Origin: Octopus vulgaris | Lineage: Eukaryota | Direction of reading: 5' to 3' | Assembly: GCA_951406725.2 (NCBI GenBank) | Contig: OX597816.1 | Location: forward strand, 123,008,001-123,072,000 | Length of the DNA stretch: 64,000 bases | Shown here: positions 61,815 through 64,000 of the stretch, in pieces | How the letters are laid out: every line of letters begins with the position of its first letter | How positions within the stretch are numbered: position 1 is the stretch's first letter | Position numbers and translations under genes: made by a program | Notes under the pieces: model-generated | The model's database searches: none | The model's input: the letters and a program-made list of their open reading frames with translations, nothing else | What the model was told of the DNA's origin: nothing

Positions 61815-62009
61815 AATATTTAATTAGTTTAAATGTACCCAAATGCATAAAAATAATTTTTAATTCCATTAGACATTCTAAAATGCTATTAAATTTCATT
61901 CAATTTTAAGAAAGTAAAATTGGCCAGAACTTTTGGGGTGACCTGATATATCAGTGGACACTTGATACTGATAACTCTGTAAAAAGCATAAATCTAGATT
62001 TAACAATTC

Positions 62010-62500
62010 CACCACTACTGATGGATGTTTTTCATCTACTATTGACATACATTTGTGATTTTTGTCCCTATATATATCTATATGAGACACTTTTTCAAGG
62101 TGAATATTATAGCTTTGTGCTTTCTACAATATATCTATATTAATTAAGGTTTGCAGAATGCTATTTTGAACTAATACTGCTTCCTTTACTAATAACGATT
62201 TTTATCCAGTTTGCTGGCTATATATGGCACTAGTGATTTATTAATAAGTGTCTTTCTATATCAGTGAAGATGAAATTTGTTTAAGTATATGGTTGCTAAT
62301 GGATACTTGCTACTGATGATGCTGTGAGGAGCAAAAATACGTATTTAACTATGCCATCACTGCTGCTGGACACTTTTCATGCTATTGATATAATTCTGTG
62401 CTTTTTAACCCTATACATCTATATGAGGTGCCTTCTCAAGATGAATACTGCAGTTTTGAGATAAGAAAATCATTCAGAATGCCCTCTTGAGACTAGACGA
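62010..62500 (+). repeat. Old direct duplication, offset about 345 bp
   Basis: ccctata(t/c)atctatatgag...tcaag(g/a)tgaata occurs at about 62066 and 62408. Confidence 0.65.
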
Positions 62501-63440
62501 ACTTGTGAGGAGGTCAAGGATGCAGTTTTGAGCAAAAAAAATCGCGTAGTCTGATATTTGTTAAGGGAGTGTAGAAAGAATTTAAGTTTTGAATAGCTGA
62601 AGAAAGCATTCCAACAGTCAAAGAAGAACCCGTCGAGAGCTTGGGGCAACTATACACTGTAGCATTGTCAGATAGGAGTCACGGGATGGAAATTATGAAA
62701 CAAGCTGAGGCTGGATTATCAGTGATTGATAACTTGAAGTTACCAGGTAACTATAAAATTTGATGCTTGCAGTTCGGCCTGTATCCATGACTTTCGTGGC
62801 CACTTTTAATATATGAGGTAGCCTTGTCATGAGTTCAGATCATTGAACAAAAATGTAATGTGTTCATTAGAAAGTGGCTAGGCCTATCTCGGATGTTGAA
62901 CATTTCAGCTCTTTATTGTAAAAGAGCTTCGTTGCAGTTACCACTAGCGTCAATAGTCGAAATATATAAACTGGGGAAGATACAGACGGTGATGATGCTG
63001 AGAGAATCGAAGGATATGGAAATCAGGCGTAATCAGCCAGAGGTGAAAACAGCCAGGAAATGGAAAGCAGAAGCAGAAACTGATGATATCTTGTCTTCTC
63101 TTACACACAGAGATATGGTGGGTGCAATGCAAAACCATCGGAAAAGGCTAGGTTTTATGGCAGATCAGTGTGAGATGACTGTTGTTATCATTAGGCCTAA
63201 CTCATCATAAGGTAAATACTACCATGATCGATATCCAAACTACAGCGGAGAAGGCTAGCCACTGGATTTGGTTAAAAAGAGAGGATGAGTGATGGCTAGA
63301 GAAATATTGAGCTATATTTAATAACCAGTTGATCTAGCAAGTAGGGCTTCATATCAATGAGGTGGGGGCTGGTGTGCATTGATGCCGACAAGAGGTAGGC
63401 CTTGAAACGGCACGCATTCTCTCCTGATGATCCCATACAC
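62490..63440 (+). mobile_element. HERO-type (R2 group) LINE relic with internal deletion
   Basis: KKSRSL, IPTVKEEPVESLG, LPGNYKI*CLQF, WPLLIYEV, IRKWLGL...ALY...LQLPL, KTARKWKA, and terminal AEKASHWIWLKR. Confidence 0.85.
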
Positions 63441-63834
63441 TTGCTGGCTTTCAATATGCAGAGTTCTCGACTGGTAGTACTTGTGTGTGCAAGTTGTTTG
63501 CAAGAGATATAAGAGCATGACAGAAGACAGGAAAAATATATGCTTTACATTTATCAAAGGATTTTGACATAATGTGTGTGTATGAGTGTATTTTTGTTTG
63601 TGAATGGTCCTTAGCCTACGTAAGTTAAACATAAAAGTAATGTATATTTTCTCTTATTGGCCCTTCTTACATCTGTTTTATCGTCTCCTACATCTCAGTT
63701 TCTTTTTTCTTCTACTTTGCTTTTTTCCTTCTCACTTTCTTGTGTCAATTCTATTTATCACCTTTCAAAGTCTTCCTCTCAGTGATGCAATTCACATATA
63801 TTTTACATTTGTTTTTCTGGTTACATCATCTTTT

Positions 63835-64000
63835 AATTTTTACTTGTTTCAGTCATTAGACTGTGGCCATGTTGGAGCATTGCCTTGAAGAATTTTAGTT
63901 GGATGAATCGACCTAAGTATTTATTTTTTTAAACCTGGTACTTATCAATTAATTTTGCTGAACTACTGAGTTACAGCAACATAAACACATTACTGGCTTT
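63835..64000 (-). mobile_element. SINE family A 3' part (runs off the window)
   Basis: tttacttgtttcagtcattagactgtggccatgttggagca. Confidence 0.85.

Larger units (their letters stand above)
60384..61946 (-). mobile_element. Full-length mariner transposon (DD34D), inactive
   Basis: TIRs ta|TCAGGTCATCCCATAAGTTCTG and CAGAACTTTTGGGGTGACCTGA|ta; TA TSD; about 1.27 kb after removing the nested insert. Confidence 0.95.

Noticed and set aside
62310-62350. CTGATGA-TGCT/AGCA-AAAA-TACGTA
   Set aside because: G12 is missing and stem I is absent; cannot be distinguished from chance
63400-63435. GAAAC...CTGATGA in the HERO 3' UTR as a type II hammerhead
   Set aside because: No GUH to close stem III and no stem I/II pairing

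Overview
AT-rich, microsatellite-dense eukaryotic DNA with no intact protein-coding gene; probably a long intron or intergenic region of a coleoid cephalopod (Octopus-like). The species call is inferred from the repeat types and was not verified by search. Most long ORFs in the track are microsatellite or SINE read-throughs or transposon relics. Retroelement content: three tRNA-headed SINE groups (working names A, B with a Meta-like core, and C with swappable tails), RTE LINE fragments and orphan RTE 3' ends, R4/Dong LINEs including a three-element stack at (TAA)n, a HERO fragment and an L1/Tx1 fragment. DNA element content: a full-length but dead DD34D mariner, other Tc1/mariner relics and Helitron/Helentron-type elements. 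The most interesting signal is about ten hammerhead-ribozyme-like motifs, folded by eye, from at least six unrelated short non-coding elements. Several lie in asymmetric palindromes with the architecture of inverted Penelope-like (PLE) pseudo-LTRs, and one family has a U3-A8 variant core. There is also a textbook recursive-splice-site motif at 49203/49204. Repeat boundaries are approximate unless junction sequences are quoted.
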